Part shown: positions 28,903 to 41,077 of the stretch, in pieces
How positions within the stretch are numbered: the stretch's first letter is position 1
Layout of the letters: every line of letters starts with the position of its first letter
Notes under the pieces: model-generated
Told to the model about the DNA's origin: nothing
Seen by the model: the letters and a program-made list of their open reading frames with translations, nothing else
Databases searched by the model: none
Assembly (NCBI GenBank): GCA_043228905.1
Contig: JBHGNT010000036.1
Location: 1 to 64,000, forward strand
Length of the DNA stretch: 64,000 nucleotides
Source of the DNA: Azolla caroliniana
Taxonomy: Eukaryota > Plantae > Polypodiophyta
Direction: 5' to 3'
Translations under genes and position numbers: made by a program

Positions 28903-29558
28903 ACTGTACAAAGTGATTCACTCTTCGGTAGGTGCCGGAGACTATTCCGCGTATTCCTCGATAGTTGGGAGGTCTCTTCTTCCTTGATAACCATTCTAAT
29001 CGGTTTTGGTTCCATTATAAGATTCTCTTTGGCGTCGACTTGAACCTTTAATTTCTCATATGCCTCGTTTATGAAGGCCTCTGTGTCGAGTAACATCGAA
29101 CCTTCCCTCTTCAAGCTCTCTTCTTTAGGGGGTAGTTTGTTGTTGCTTCCTATCCTCCTTTCACCATCCGTCGTGGGTTGTGTTATTGTCGATCAGAATC
29201 TTGTCTTCCTCTTATCGTGTAGTTGACATACACTTTCCACTTTCGTCGAATCCTCGGTGAGGCCATTTGCACCATTGTCATCCTAGGGTCGGATTCCAAT
29301 GGCTTTCCTTTCCTTCAGATCTATTGATTTCACAAACATTAGGACTTTATCCACCACCCCCAATCTTTGATCCCGCTCCGAGAGGTGTGTGAAGCGACAC
29401 TCGAACTCAACGAAAGCATGGATGGCACTTTGGTGGGTCTTTAATGATGATACCCATTGGTCGAACTCGTATAGGCTGCATCTCTGCAGCTCTTTGTATC
29501 TATATGCCTCCATGAGAGATCCTCCTACAGCCTCGTTTCACATTGGGTTCACCAAAGA
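28903..29558 (-). mobile_element. Retrotransposon gag-like remnant (same family as 20032-20620)
   Basis: EFDQWVSSLKTH...ERKAIGIRP*DDNGANGLTED. Confidence 0.5.
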
Positions 29559-29764
29559 TGTCACGAAAATACGACGAGGATACGTGAACTTGAGGCAGGA
29601 GCCTAGGGCCTCCGACCAAAGGATATCACATTTGTGCGTTTATACTTTAAGAATTAACGGAAACGAGAAAATTTAATAAAGTTTATTAGTAAAGGGAAAG
29701 AAAATTTACAATCTATCCCAAGATTGGGATTACAGAAGTTTAGGTTTAAAAAGATTAATATATA

Positions 29765-30200
29765 AGAAAAATTAGGGTTTTTGGTTTCGATAAAAAAATT
29801 AGGTTTTAAAATTATTAGATATGGCTTTCATAAGAAAAAAATAGAGCTATTCGAGAGATATGGTTTTCATAAGGAATATTATGGTTATACGAGAGATATG
29901 GCTTCTGTAAGGAAAATTAGGGTTTTTGATAGATAACTTCTGTAAGGAAAATTAGGTTTTATGTGAGAGATAGCTTCCGTAAGGAAAATTAAGGTTTTTG
30001 ATAGATAGCTTCCTTAAGGAAAATTAGGTTTTATGTGAGAGATAGCTTCCGTAAGGAAAATTAGGGTTTTTGAGAGATAACTTTCGTAAGGAAAATTAGG
30101 GTTTTTGAGAGATATGGCTTTCGTAAACAAAATTAGGGTTTATGAGAGATATGGCTTCCGTAAAGATAATTAGGGTTTATGAGTGTTATGGTTCCGTGAG
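29765..30200 (+). repeat. ~38-bp tandem repeats with a TTAGGGTTT core
   Basis: ggaaaattagggtttttgagagatatggcttccgtaa-like units; also 30520-30720. Confidence 0.85.
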
Positions 30201-30287
30201 ATAAGGGAACCGAGAAGAAAAAGAAAAATAATGGAGAGCGGCCCCTTAAGTGGAGAAAAAATATGGAATATATATGGAGTTCTCTAT

Positions 30288-31708
30288 TGTCGTGAAAATA
30301 CAACGAGGACACATGAACTTGAGGCAGGACCCCGGGACCTCCGACTAGAGGACATCACGTTCGTGCTTTTATATTTTTAACAATTAACGGAAATAAGAAA
30401 TTTCATAATTTTCATTAACAGGAAAAGAAATTACAATATGTCCCAAGATTGGGATTACAAAAGTTTAGCTTATGGAGATTACTAGAATAATAGATTAGAA
30501 GAAACTAAATATGGTTTCAATAGAAATTTAGGGTTTTTGGCTTTGATAAGAGATTTTAGATTTTGAGAGATATGGCTTCCGTAGGGAAATTTAGGGTTGA
30601 TGGCTTTTGTAAAGAAATTAGGGTTTTTGAGTGTTATGGCTTCCGTAGGGAAGATTAGGGTTTTTTGAGTGTTATGGCTTCCGTAGGGAATTTAGGGTTT
30701 ATAAGAGTTATGGCTTCCCTAAGATAAGGGAGCTGAGAAAGAAAAATAAAATAAAATGGAGAGAGTATGAGTATAGGAAAAAATAATGGAATATATATGG
30801 AGTTCTCCCTTGATCATAGCCTTCCATGTTACTTTGCATGTCCACTTTTAGTTGCATGCGTCCACATGGCCTTTACTTTAGTTGCATGATCTTTCCACCT
30901 TTTCTTGCATGTCTTTCAACTTTTTGCATGCATTCACATGGCCTTTACTTTAGTTCCCTTTACTTTACTTTAATTAACCACATGATCTTGTTATCCGTTC
31001 GGTTTGCGTCCAGCCTCGTCCGATTGCCAATTGTCGCTGCCTCACTGGCTCCGTCGCCGATTCCAGTTTGCTTACTGGTCGGTTTCCGATTTTGCTTACC
31101 GGCCGATTTTCGATTTTGCTTACCACCCAGTTCCAGTTTTGCTTACTGGCTCCGCCGCCGGTTCCGATTTGCTTACCGACCAATTTCCGGTTTTGTTTAC
31201 TGGCCGAGTTCGGTTTTGCTTACCGCCTGGTTCCGATTTTGCTTACCGGCTCCTGCTTACCGACTGATTTCCGGTTTTGCTTATTAGCCGGGTTCAGTTT
31301 TTCTTACCAGCTCCGCCGCCGGTTCCGGTTTGCTTATTGGCCGGGTTCGGTTTTGCTTACTGCTCGATTCCGATTTTGCTTATCGCCTGGTTCCGGTTTT
31401 GCATACCGACCAGTTCCGATTTTGCTTACCGGCCGGTTTCTAGTTTTTGGGAACTTTGCTACCATCATTGATTAAGACAACGTGGCCAAAGTGTTCTTAG
31501 CACAAATGAAAAATGAGGGATCTCAAGGTGCTTATATAGCCAGAGCCTTAAGTTTTCTATCTATGTGGGATAAATCATAGTTCTATTTTCCCTATCTTCT
31601 CAAACATCCATCTTTCTATAACATGCCATTAACCTAATATAAAGTACTTATTTTATTATTTATTTATTTTACATAGTTTTCATATTGTGTGCGAAAAACC
31701 ACACGACA
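30288..31708. mobile_element. Solo-LTR-like element (inner, 1421 bp) inserted in the outer copy
   Basis: TGTCGTG...CACGACA termini; flanks CTAT and CCGT (possible decayed 4-bp TSD). Confidence 0.8.
31040..31445 (+). repeat. ~22-bp degenerate tandem repeat (ccggttccgattttgcttac)
   Basis: Many visible copies; a related tract lies at 31890-32150. Confidence 0.85.
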
Positions 31709-33024
31709 CCGTTGATCATAACCTCCCATGATCCTTTGCAGGTGTCCCCTTTTAGTTGCATGGCCTCCTTTTTTAGTTGATTTGCCTTTATTTTTAGTTG
31801 CATAGCCTCCTTTTTTTAGTTGCTTTGCCTTTGTTTTTTCTTTTCTTTACTTTACTTTAATTCGTTGCATGATCCTATCATCCGTCTATCTCAACTGTCG
31901 CCCATCCGATCCGCATCCGATTTCTGTTCCGTCGTTGTCCGGTTGCCGATTGTCGGCTCCGTCCGATAGGCCACTGATTGTCGGTTCCATCGCCATCCGA
32001 TTCCGGTTCCCAACTTCATCACGGACTTTGTCCAATTTCCGATTTCTGATTGCCGGCTCCATCCGATTTCCGGTTGACGGCTCCATCCGGTTTCCAATTA
32101 CCGTCTCCCTCTGGTTTTCGATTGCCGGCTATATCCGGTTGTCGGTTCTTTAGCCACATTTGTCCATGTAGACAAATTGGTCCAAGTCCAACCATTCCTT
32201 TTGTGCTCTCAACACATAGATAAAAACTAATGGTTCTCAATCTGCTTATATAGATGGATCCTAAAGTTTCCTATCTATGTGGGATATTTCACAATTCTAT
32301 TTTCCTTATCTTCTCAAACTTTACACTCACGTAACTTGATACTTATTTATCCGTTTCATGTGTAGTAAAATGCATTATGAAGCTCTTGAAGACATCTATC
32401 TTTCTATATCAAACCACTAAGCTAATCTTAAATAATTATTTTACAAGTTTTCATATCGTGTGTAAAAAACCACACGACAACGGCACGAAGGAGTGGGGAC
32501 TGTTATACTGACACAGTATAACTCGGAAGCTTGTTGGGTATACCGATGCCGACTAGACTGGTGATGCATCGGATTGCCGATCCACCTCTGGTTACATGTT
32601 TTCTCTTGGTAGTGCGGTTGTTGCATGGAGTAGCAAAAAGCAGCCAACAGTGGCTCTGTCGAGCACCGAGGTTGTGTACCGGGGCACTACCATTGCCACC
32701 TGTGAAGCCATCTAGCTTCGGCGACTGGTGCGAGACCTCCGCATCGAGGTGCTGACCTTGATCCTAATTTATTGTGACAATGTAAGCAACATACAACTCG
32801 CCAAGAACCCTGTATTCCATGCTTGGAAAAAGCACATAGAAGTGCATTATCACTTTGTTCGTGACTGGGTCCTGAGCGGTGAAGTTGAACTTAAGTATGT
32901 TCACACAGATCGGCAAGTTTCCAACATCTTCACCAAGCCGCTCGGATCAGACAAGTTGCAACATTTTTCAGAGATGCTCGACATTCAGCATCTCGAGGTG
33001 CCGCACTTGAGGGGGAGAACATGA

Positions 33025-33630
33025 ATGGGAACGGATGGCACCAAACAAGGAGCCGGAGAGGAAGAAAGAACCAAGGGGGGATATGAGCAAATAAAGGAAG
33101 CCGAACCAACCGAAGGAGTTGGCACATCCGAAAAAGTCCGAGTAAGTGGCAACGGTGGTAGAGTCAAGAAGGACAGAGCCGACCGGAGGAAGGCCAAGAC
33201 CCGAACGTGGTCCGATGTGGTGAAGGGCCTAAAAACGGAAGACAAGGCGGAGACTACCAACTCGGACAAGAGCTGGAACAAGTCAGAGGAAGCTGATTCG
33301 GTTCAACAATTGAATTCGGAAGAGCTGGATCAACTAAAGGCCAAGCGGATGAGAAGGCAGTGAAAGTTGACACCGACACGGAGGAACCGATGGGTCGACA
33401 AGCTCCAGAGTCATAGTAGCGAAGGAGCTGAGATGGGCCTGCTGAGCAGACAAACCAACCAAGGAGGACGAGGTGTGCAGAACCGGATTGGTCATGGGAA
33501 GCAGAACCAGACCGGACGAGGAGCACGAGCAAGGCGGGAGGACGTTAGAAGGAGTCGGAGGAAAGGACCAGCTACTGCAGACACTGACACCACAATCCGA
33601 CTTCAAGTTGAGCTTGAGGGGGTGTGTTGA
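33025..33630 (+). pseudogene. Extra ORF (~201 codons, one internal stop) between pol and the 3' LTR of copia A; function unknown
   Basis: ORFs 33025-33363 and 33367-33630 share a frame; KTRTWSDVVKGLK and NSDKSWN are conserved with synonymous changes in copia E. Confidence 0.65.
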
Positions 33631-34827
33631 GCGAGCAAGCTCAACCGGATCCGGATCGACTGAATAAGCTAGAGCCGGACCGGTATCCGGAACGGAGAAC
33701 CGTATCGGTGTCCGAATGATATCCGGAACCAAGAGCCAGATCGGATTGAAACCGGTAGGCCGTTAGAGGCCTACAGATCCAGCCTAGTACATAGGCATAT
33801 TTTTGGGAGTTAATGACAGTTGCTCATATGAGCATTGATGTACCTGTCAGTACTTCTATCAATCCTTTATGGACTTGTATAAAAGTGTTGTTTGAGTATA
33901 TTCTATGTACACAGAGGATTATTATTTTAGAATAGAGTTTTATGTTCTGCTCTCTCTCTCTCTCTATCCCATGTATGCTAAATATTCTCAAGCTTCCATT
34001 GAACCTATGTTTTCTATTCTCTGTTGCTACCTAACTAAACCGGTTTTGTCAAGCTTCCGCACGCTAACTTTTACACAACAGAAAAAGAAGAAGAAGAAGT
34101 AAGAGGCAAAGAAGAGAGAAGAACACAAATACAGAAGCAAAGGAAAAAATGACCTAAAAGCAAAATTGAAATTATAAGTGAAATTGAAAACAAGAAGAGA
34201 GGGAAAAAGAAAAAAATAGGGGTATGCAACAAATTTCGAAACCCCGAGGGTACCGAATGAAATTTCATAAACTCGAGTGTATATAATAGAATTTTTTTTT
34301 AAAACTAAAGGGTAGCAAGGAAATTTCGAAAACTCATTAACCTGAAAGAAATAGACAAGATATACTCACAACAACTCACAAACAACCCAAATGATGATAC
34401 CAATGTTCGTGAGCTGACAGAATGAGAATGTTCGTGTTGAGGAAGATCCGTTGATAGAAGGAGATGTTCGAGTCAAGCGTTCCGATTGATGAGAGAACAG
34501 ACGGAAGTTCCGGTCGTATAGACGTGATGATCAAGGCATGTGGGATCGACGTGCAAGGCACTCTCCCACGGGTGTGCCATAATGTGTTACCATACGAGAT
34601 GTACGGAGAGCGAGGGTGGAATGTTATAATGTTGTTTACGTGTATGTGTAAATGTGTAAGTGTAATTGTGAGTGTGAGTAATTACGTATGTGTACACTTG
34701 CACATGTGTGTGCATGTGGACGGATATGAGGAGGTGTGAGTGAGTGATTGGTGTGAATGTCCGAGGGGGCTTGCACCCCTGTGTATCTACCCTTTTGAAA
34801 CTATTTAACCCCTTATGGGGAATGAAT

Positions 34828-36058
34828 GAAGGCACAACGATGCTGACGACAACAATTTTGAACCCTCCGGAAGCAGGGGGAGTCAAAGTGGCGCCAGAAT
34901 CTAGTAAGAGAAGACCACAACATAATATTGGTACTGTGGCTGAAAGGGCCACACAGAGAGCGAGTGCTGCTGGAAAAAGCATGTCGATTCGGACAAGTCT
35001 GGATCTAGCATGGCCGGATGGGGAAGATGGCAAAGCTCGCACTATGCTAAGGAATCGGAAAATCCGATTCCAGAGATGGATCGGGCCCAATCTTTAGGAT
35101 GAAACACAAGGCAAATTCAATGAAGACGAGCACCTCGGAACTGAACGAGGTATGGTATGTTGACTCTGAAGCCTCGAACCATATGACGAGACATGAAGAA
35201 TGGTTCTCATTCTTGGAAAAACCAAAGCAACTGGGAGTAGTCGAAACCGGAGATGACACTCCTCATACCATCAAGCACATCGGTGAGGTCCCTTTTAGCC
35301 ATGTCAGGCAGAAGGGAAAGCTAATGAACGTCTTGCACATCCCGAACATCACAAAGAATTTGGTGTCTCTTGGACAGATTGTTGATCAAGGGATGCAGGT
35401 TCCGTTCACGCACCTTGGGTGCTTCATTGAAGAAGAGGGCAAAGTCATCGCGCAAGGGCACCAAGACGAGAGGATGTTTATCCTTGAAATGAATGATGTT
35501 GGCACCGCTATGTTTGCAAAAGGGTAGAAGGTCGAGTCAAACATCGACTTGTGGCACAAGCGGATAGGCCACATCAATTTCCGGAAGCTTGACGAGCTGC
35601 AGATGAAACAAGTAGTTTCCAGACTGATGAAGTTTAGTGGTCGGAAAGGCCAAATATGTGAAGCTTGCCAGCTCGAGAAGCAGCATAGGCTTCCGCTCCC
35701 CAATGAGAAGAATTGAAGCCGGTACCGGCTTGATCTCATCCATTCGGATGTGTGGGGATCAGCACAAAACGTGAGCATCGACGAGAGTCGGTGTTTCGTC
35801 TCCTTCAGCGACGATTTCACCCGACAAACTTGGATGTATCTAATCAAGAAGAAAATTGAAGTCTTCTCGTGTTTCAGGGATTTGAAGAACCTTGTTGAAC
35901 GCGAGACCAGAAGAAAGATAAAGTATTTGAGATTGGATGGCGGAAAAGACTATTTTTCCGGCCAATTCACGAGTTATGTACATGTACTGAAGGAAAAATG
36001 GAGGAAGTTAGATGCAAAAGCCGAAAAGTGCATTCTCGTCAGCTACTCGGATGAAGTG
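34828..36058 (+). mobile_element. Copia (A family) internal fragment: zinc knuckle, protease, integrase
   Basis: WYVDSEASNHMT, LWHKRIGH, HSDVWG, KLDAKAEKCILV. Confidence 0.88.
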
Positions 36059-37320
36059 GTCAACTGGATGCCACCTTCCCCATCCGGCCATGTTGGATCC
36101 AGACTTGTCCGAATCGGTGTGCTTTTTCCAGCAGCACTCGCTCTCTATGTGGCCCTTCCGACCACAGTACAAACATTCTGTTGTGGTCTTCTCTTGCCAG
36201 AATCCAGCACCACTTTGACTCCCCCTGCTTCCGGAGGGTTCAAAACTGTTGTCGTCACCATCATTGTGCCTTCGGTCTCTTGACGACCGCTTCCACCGCG
36301 TGTCGATCCGCCTCGTTCGCCACGACCCCAAGGCCTCTCCGCCTCCATGTACAACATCTTTCTATCAATGTGCGTGCTCGTCGACACACCCGTGTGGTTC
36401 TCCTATACTATGAGCATCGACTATAAGTCGAAAAACGAGGGTGTATTCTCCCTTGTATAGACGACCGTCCGGAATGCTCCGAACTTTGATGCTAGGCCCC
36501 TGAGAAAAATCTGCACCATCTCATCTTCGTTGACAGCCACGTTGATAGAGGCAAGTAAGTCGTAGATGTGTTTGATATGGGCCGTATAGTCAGCCACCGA
36601 CATGTGCTTGTGTTGGACATTGCTCAACTCCTGTTGGAGTTGCAGCTTCTGGGCCGTATAATCGGCTACCGACATGTCCTTGTGTTGGACATTGCTCAAC
36701 TCCTGTCGGAGTTGCAGCTTCCGAGCCGTGGTGCTTGCGGCGAAGACCTTCTTTAGGTTTCCCCAAGCTTCCTTCGGCGTCTTGGCGTCCCGAATATGGC
36801 TGAACAATTGATCACCAACAATGGATGCAAAGTAGTACATTACCTTGCTTGCCGCTTGTTCACTCGTCGGTTGCAAATGTTCTCAACCCTCGCGCTCTAA
36901 CTCCATGTAAAAGAATACATGTGGAAGCTTTGACAAAACCGGTTACACTAGATAGCAACAGAGAGTAAAAACTTGTTTAATGGAAGCTTAGAATACACAT
37001 GAGAGACAAAGATAGCAAAAAGCATAAACTCAGTTCAAAATAATAATACTTTGTACATAGAATGTGCTAAGAGAGCACTTTTATACAAGTCCTTATACGA
37101 ACTGACAAGTACTTCAATGCTGATACAAGAGACTGACACTGACACCTAATAATACGCCTACGTACTAGGCTAGATTCGTAGGCCTCAAACGGTCTACCGA
37201 TTACAATCCGATATGGCTCCTGGTTCCGGATACCATTCGAACACCAATCCAGGTCTTCGGTCTTGATACTGATACGGTCTTGGCTTGTTAAGCCGATCCT
37301 GATCCAATTGAGCTTGTTCG
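36059..37320 (-). mobile_element. Copia (A family) 5' fragment: LTR, decayed PBS, gag
   Basis: LTR 36906-37320 similar to the A LTR, decayed PBS ~36891-36905, gag AKTPKEAWGNLKK with a 72-bp internal tandem duplication, zinc knuckle CLYCGRKGH. Confidence 0.88.
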
Positions 37321-38699
37321 CGTGGCCCATGTAGAGGGCGGAAGACGGTACGACAATACCGCAGGAGAGGGTGTGGAGCAAGATGCCCTCTCGACTTGTG
37401 GAGAAAGACCGACCGATGATGAGGTTGGATTTGGGGACATGACGATCGCGGGTTCAGAAAGAGACCGACGGTTACAGGCACCGCTGCCTGAAACTCCGGA
37501 CATTGGAGAAGCAAGCCCAGACGGGGCTTGCACGATCAAAGAGGAGATAGCTTCCACATACCCCACCGAGGAGTCGGTGGCAATGGACAAGTTGTCAGAG
37601 GGCGAACATATGAAATCGTTGTCCGAACCATTTCAGGAGACTTCGGCAGTTCGGCTGCTGTGGCAATGTAAGACTAGAGAAATAGAAGATGGTAGCGGGA
37701 ACACCAAGGAGAAGGATGACGACGAGTCGGAGGTTGCACGGAGAGATCCCTACACACCGTTTCCGAAGACTTCGGCAGTTCAGCCAATGTGGCAATGTGA
37801 GACTGGAGAGATGGAAGGTGGTGGCGAGGCTCGGGGACTCCACTATATATAAGATAGTTGTATCACGTGCGTTCATGACATCATTTATAAACCCCTTATA
37901 CGTATGGTTTTTACTATTTTAGTGACCCTTTTGTAGAAAAAAGATTAATAAAAATACCCCTTACTACCAATATATTTTTTGATAACCACCCATTTTAAAT
38001 ACCCTCACATATAAAATATACATGCACACATAGTTTCCAATCCTAGAAAGGATCAATGAATGCCTTTACAATTGATGACTCGCAAAATTATGAATGAACA
38101 TTAAACATCATATGCAATTCCTAGAAATGTTTCATCAAGTGCCACATAGATTGAAAACACAATGTGTAAAGTACAAAGTAATGCACACACAATTAGGAAA
38201 CATTACCCAAAACACTAGAGGTATAACATATATAAGCCGCATATAAGTTTTTTTTTTAGTTTATTGAGACATATGAAGAATATAGCGTGATAAAAAAAAA
38301 TGTAATTTACAATAAAACAATCTTGAACTTGATATATATATCTCAAAGAGCAGACGTGGAACAATCCAAAATGCATATCAATAATGAAATTACTAACAAA
38401 TTAACCTTATGTTTAATTTCATGGATAGACTCATATGAAGCTGTAACATTATTTTTTCTCTTCTTGTTTCCCATTCAAAATATTATTTTTTGTGTACACA
38501 AAGGAAAATGGTTCATAAAATATACCGTCCTCAATTATTTCGACTCGGATCTTTGCATATGTAAGAGTTCCTCTCACACTTATAATGCCCAAAGGTTTAT
38601 CTTCATCATCCCTCTCATGTTCAAACACTTCAATAACAGATTCTTTATCCATTATCTACAAATAGAATGACCCACCTATCACTTTTCATATAACCATAC

Positions 38700-40974
38700 A
38701 TCATATATATGTGTGTATGTGTGCATTGTGATTGTGGTATTCATGTGTGATTTGTGTGTATGTATGTTCCATACATCATATATGTTTGTATGTGGTATGC
38801 ATGTGTGTTGTTTGTTATGTTTGTGTGTGCGTATGTATGTATGTTCCATACGTCATATATGTTTGTATATGGTATGCATGTCTGTTGTGTTTTATGTTTG
38901 TGTGTGTGTATGTATGTTCCATACATCGTATATGTTTGTTCTGTTTTATGTTTGCATGTGTGTGTGTGTGTGTGTGTGTGTAGGTATTGTATTGTATTGC
39001 ATTTATTGTATGTATAGCATGTGTGATGTGTGTTATGTTTGTGTGTGTGTGTACATATTGTATTGTATGTATGTGTTATGTGTGAATGTGTATGTATGTC
39101 AGTGTATATAGGTATGTGCGTATGTATGTACATATTGTATTGTATTGTATTAATTTCGTTTATTGTATATATTGTATGTATGATTGTATACGTGTGTGTG
39201 TGTGTGTGTGTGTGTGTGTTTATGTATGTATGTATGTACGTGAGTGTGTGTAGTTCTAAGAATTTATGTGTTGGTTTATGTATGATGTTTGTACTTATGT
39301 GTACTTGTAAAATATTTGTAGAGTACTTGTGGCAGCCCCGACAGAGAATCATGGAGAGCTAAAGCGGCATGACAAGACGAGTGGCGGCGGCAACAAAACG
39401 AGAACAGAGGCGGCAAAACGAGGACAGAAGCAACAAGGGGAGAAGAGGCGACAACAACAATGAGGAGAGACGAGGAGGTAGAGCAAAGGAGGAGGCGGCA
39501 AAAATCTAAATTTAAAAAAAACATGAATGTTTGAATATTATGTTTAGTATGTATGTATGTATGTATGTATGTATGTATGTATGTATGTATGTATGTATGT
39601 ATGTATGTGCACGTAATGTATGATTGCATGAATATATGAATGTACATATGTGTATATATGTAATATGTAATGTATGTATATTTGTATGTGTATGTGTATG
39701 CATAATACATATATGTATGTTTGAATGTTTGTTGTAATATGTATGTATGTGTATGTATAATATATATTGTTTGTAAGCATGAGACTACATTTAGTAGCGA
39801 TGCATTCCCTTTTATATCTCTGTCTTTCTCTTGTAGTTCATATGTCCGGGACTACACATGGTAGCCGGGATTTTGTATTTCATTTTTATTCATGTTGTAT
39901 CTCCAACCCTACACTCTATCGCATAGCACGGTGTTATATTTGTCACAAGCTTATGTACTCACCCCTTATAAAAATCTTTATATTCTAAGCCATGCCCCTC
40001 CCCAACTTTCTCCTATTTTCAACCTTACCCCTCCCCTACTTTCTCCTATTTCTAGCCGTACCCCTTACCCATTTTTTCCTATTCTCATTCAAACCCCTCT
40101 CCCACATTATTTTTATTTTTTCTTTAGAATGTTTTCAGTTTTATAACTTATCGCTTTTATAGTTTAACTTAAACATTCATACCCCTCATATATATGTACA
40201 TTAATTTTACATACACATACATACATATTACAAACAAACATCCACACACATATATGCATACACATAAATACATTACATATTACATATATACACATATGTA
40301 CATTCATTCATGTTTTTTTATTTTAAGAAGATATCCTATAATCTATGTGATTGGGGGGGTGGGGACAACCATTCATTCATGTTTATTCATGCAAGCATAC
40401 ATATTTTATGCATACATTACATATATTGATTCATTCATTCATACATGCACATACATACATACTAAACATAACATTCAAACATTCATGTACAAATGTACAT
40501 ATGTGTATGCATATGTCATGTATGTAATGTATGAGTATGTATGTCCATGTACGAATGTACATTTGTGTATGCATATATGTGATGTATGTATGTATGTGTA
40601 TGCATATATGCATATGTAAATGTACATGATTCAATGTATATGGATGTGTGATTGTAATATGTACATAATATCTATGTATATATCTAATGTATATATGTGT
40701 ATGTATATGTAGCAATGTATAAATGAATATATGTATGTCCATGTACGAATGTACATATGTGTATGCATATATCCACATGTAATTTATTTGTGTATGTATG
40801 TGTATTCATATATCCATATGACAATGTACATGATTCAATGTGTATGGATGTGTGATTATAATATGTGCATAATATTTATGTATATATCTAATGTATGTTA
40901 TGTAGCAATGTATAAATGAATATAGGTATGTCTATGTACAAATGTACATATGTGTGTGCATATGTAATGTATGT

Positions 40975-41040
<66 letters not shown>

Positions 41041-41043
41041 GTA

Positions 41044-41077
<34 letters not shown>

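Larger units (their letters stand above)
29559..32479. mobile_element. Solo-LTR-like element (outer, ~1.5 kb net), TGTCACG...CACGACA
   Basis: Inverted TG...CA termini; co-linear with the inner copy 30288-31708; flanks do not form a TSD. Confidence 0.75.
22708..34075 (+). mobile_element. Ty1/copia LTR retrotransposon A with nested insertions and internal deletion
   Basis: LTRs 22708-23160 and 33625-34075 (TG...CA), TSD CAACA at 22703-22707 and 34076-34080, PBS 23161-23172, gag 23256-23745, RNase H 32480-33024, PPT 33613-33624. Confidence 0.95.
20621..34830 (-). mobile_element. Probable non-autonomous LTR element hosting copia A
   Basis: Direct repeats 20621-20868 and 34585-34830; minus-strand PBS-like TGGTATCA at 34395-34402 next to a ...CACGAACA end at 34404; PPT-like GAGAGGTGGGGGG-TG at ~20981-20995; ~2 kb non-coding interior. 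Confidence 0.55.
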
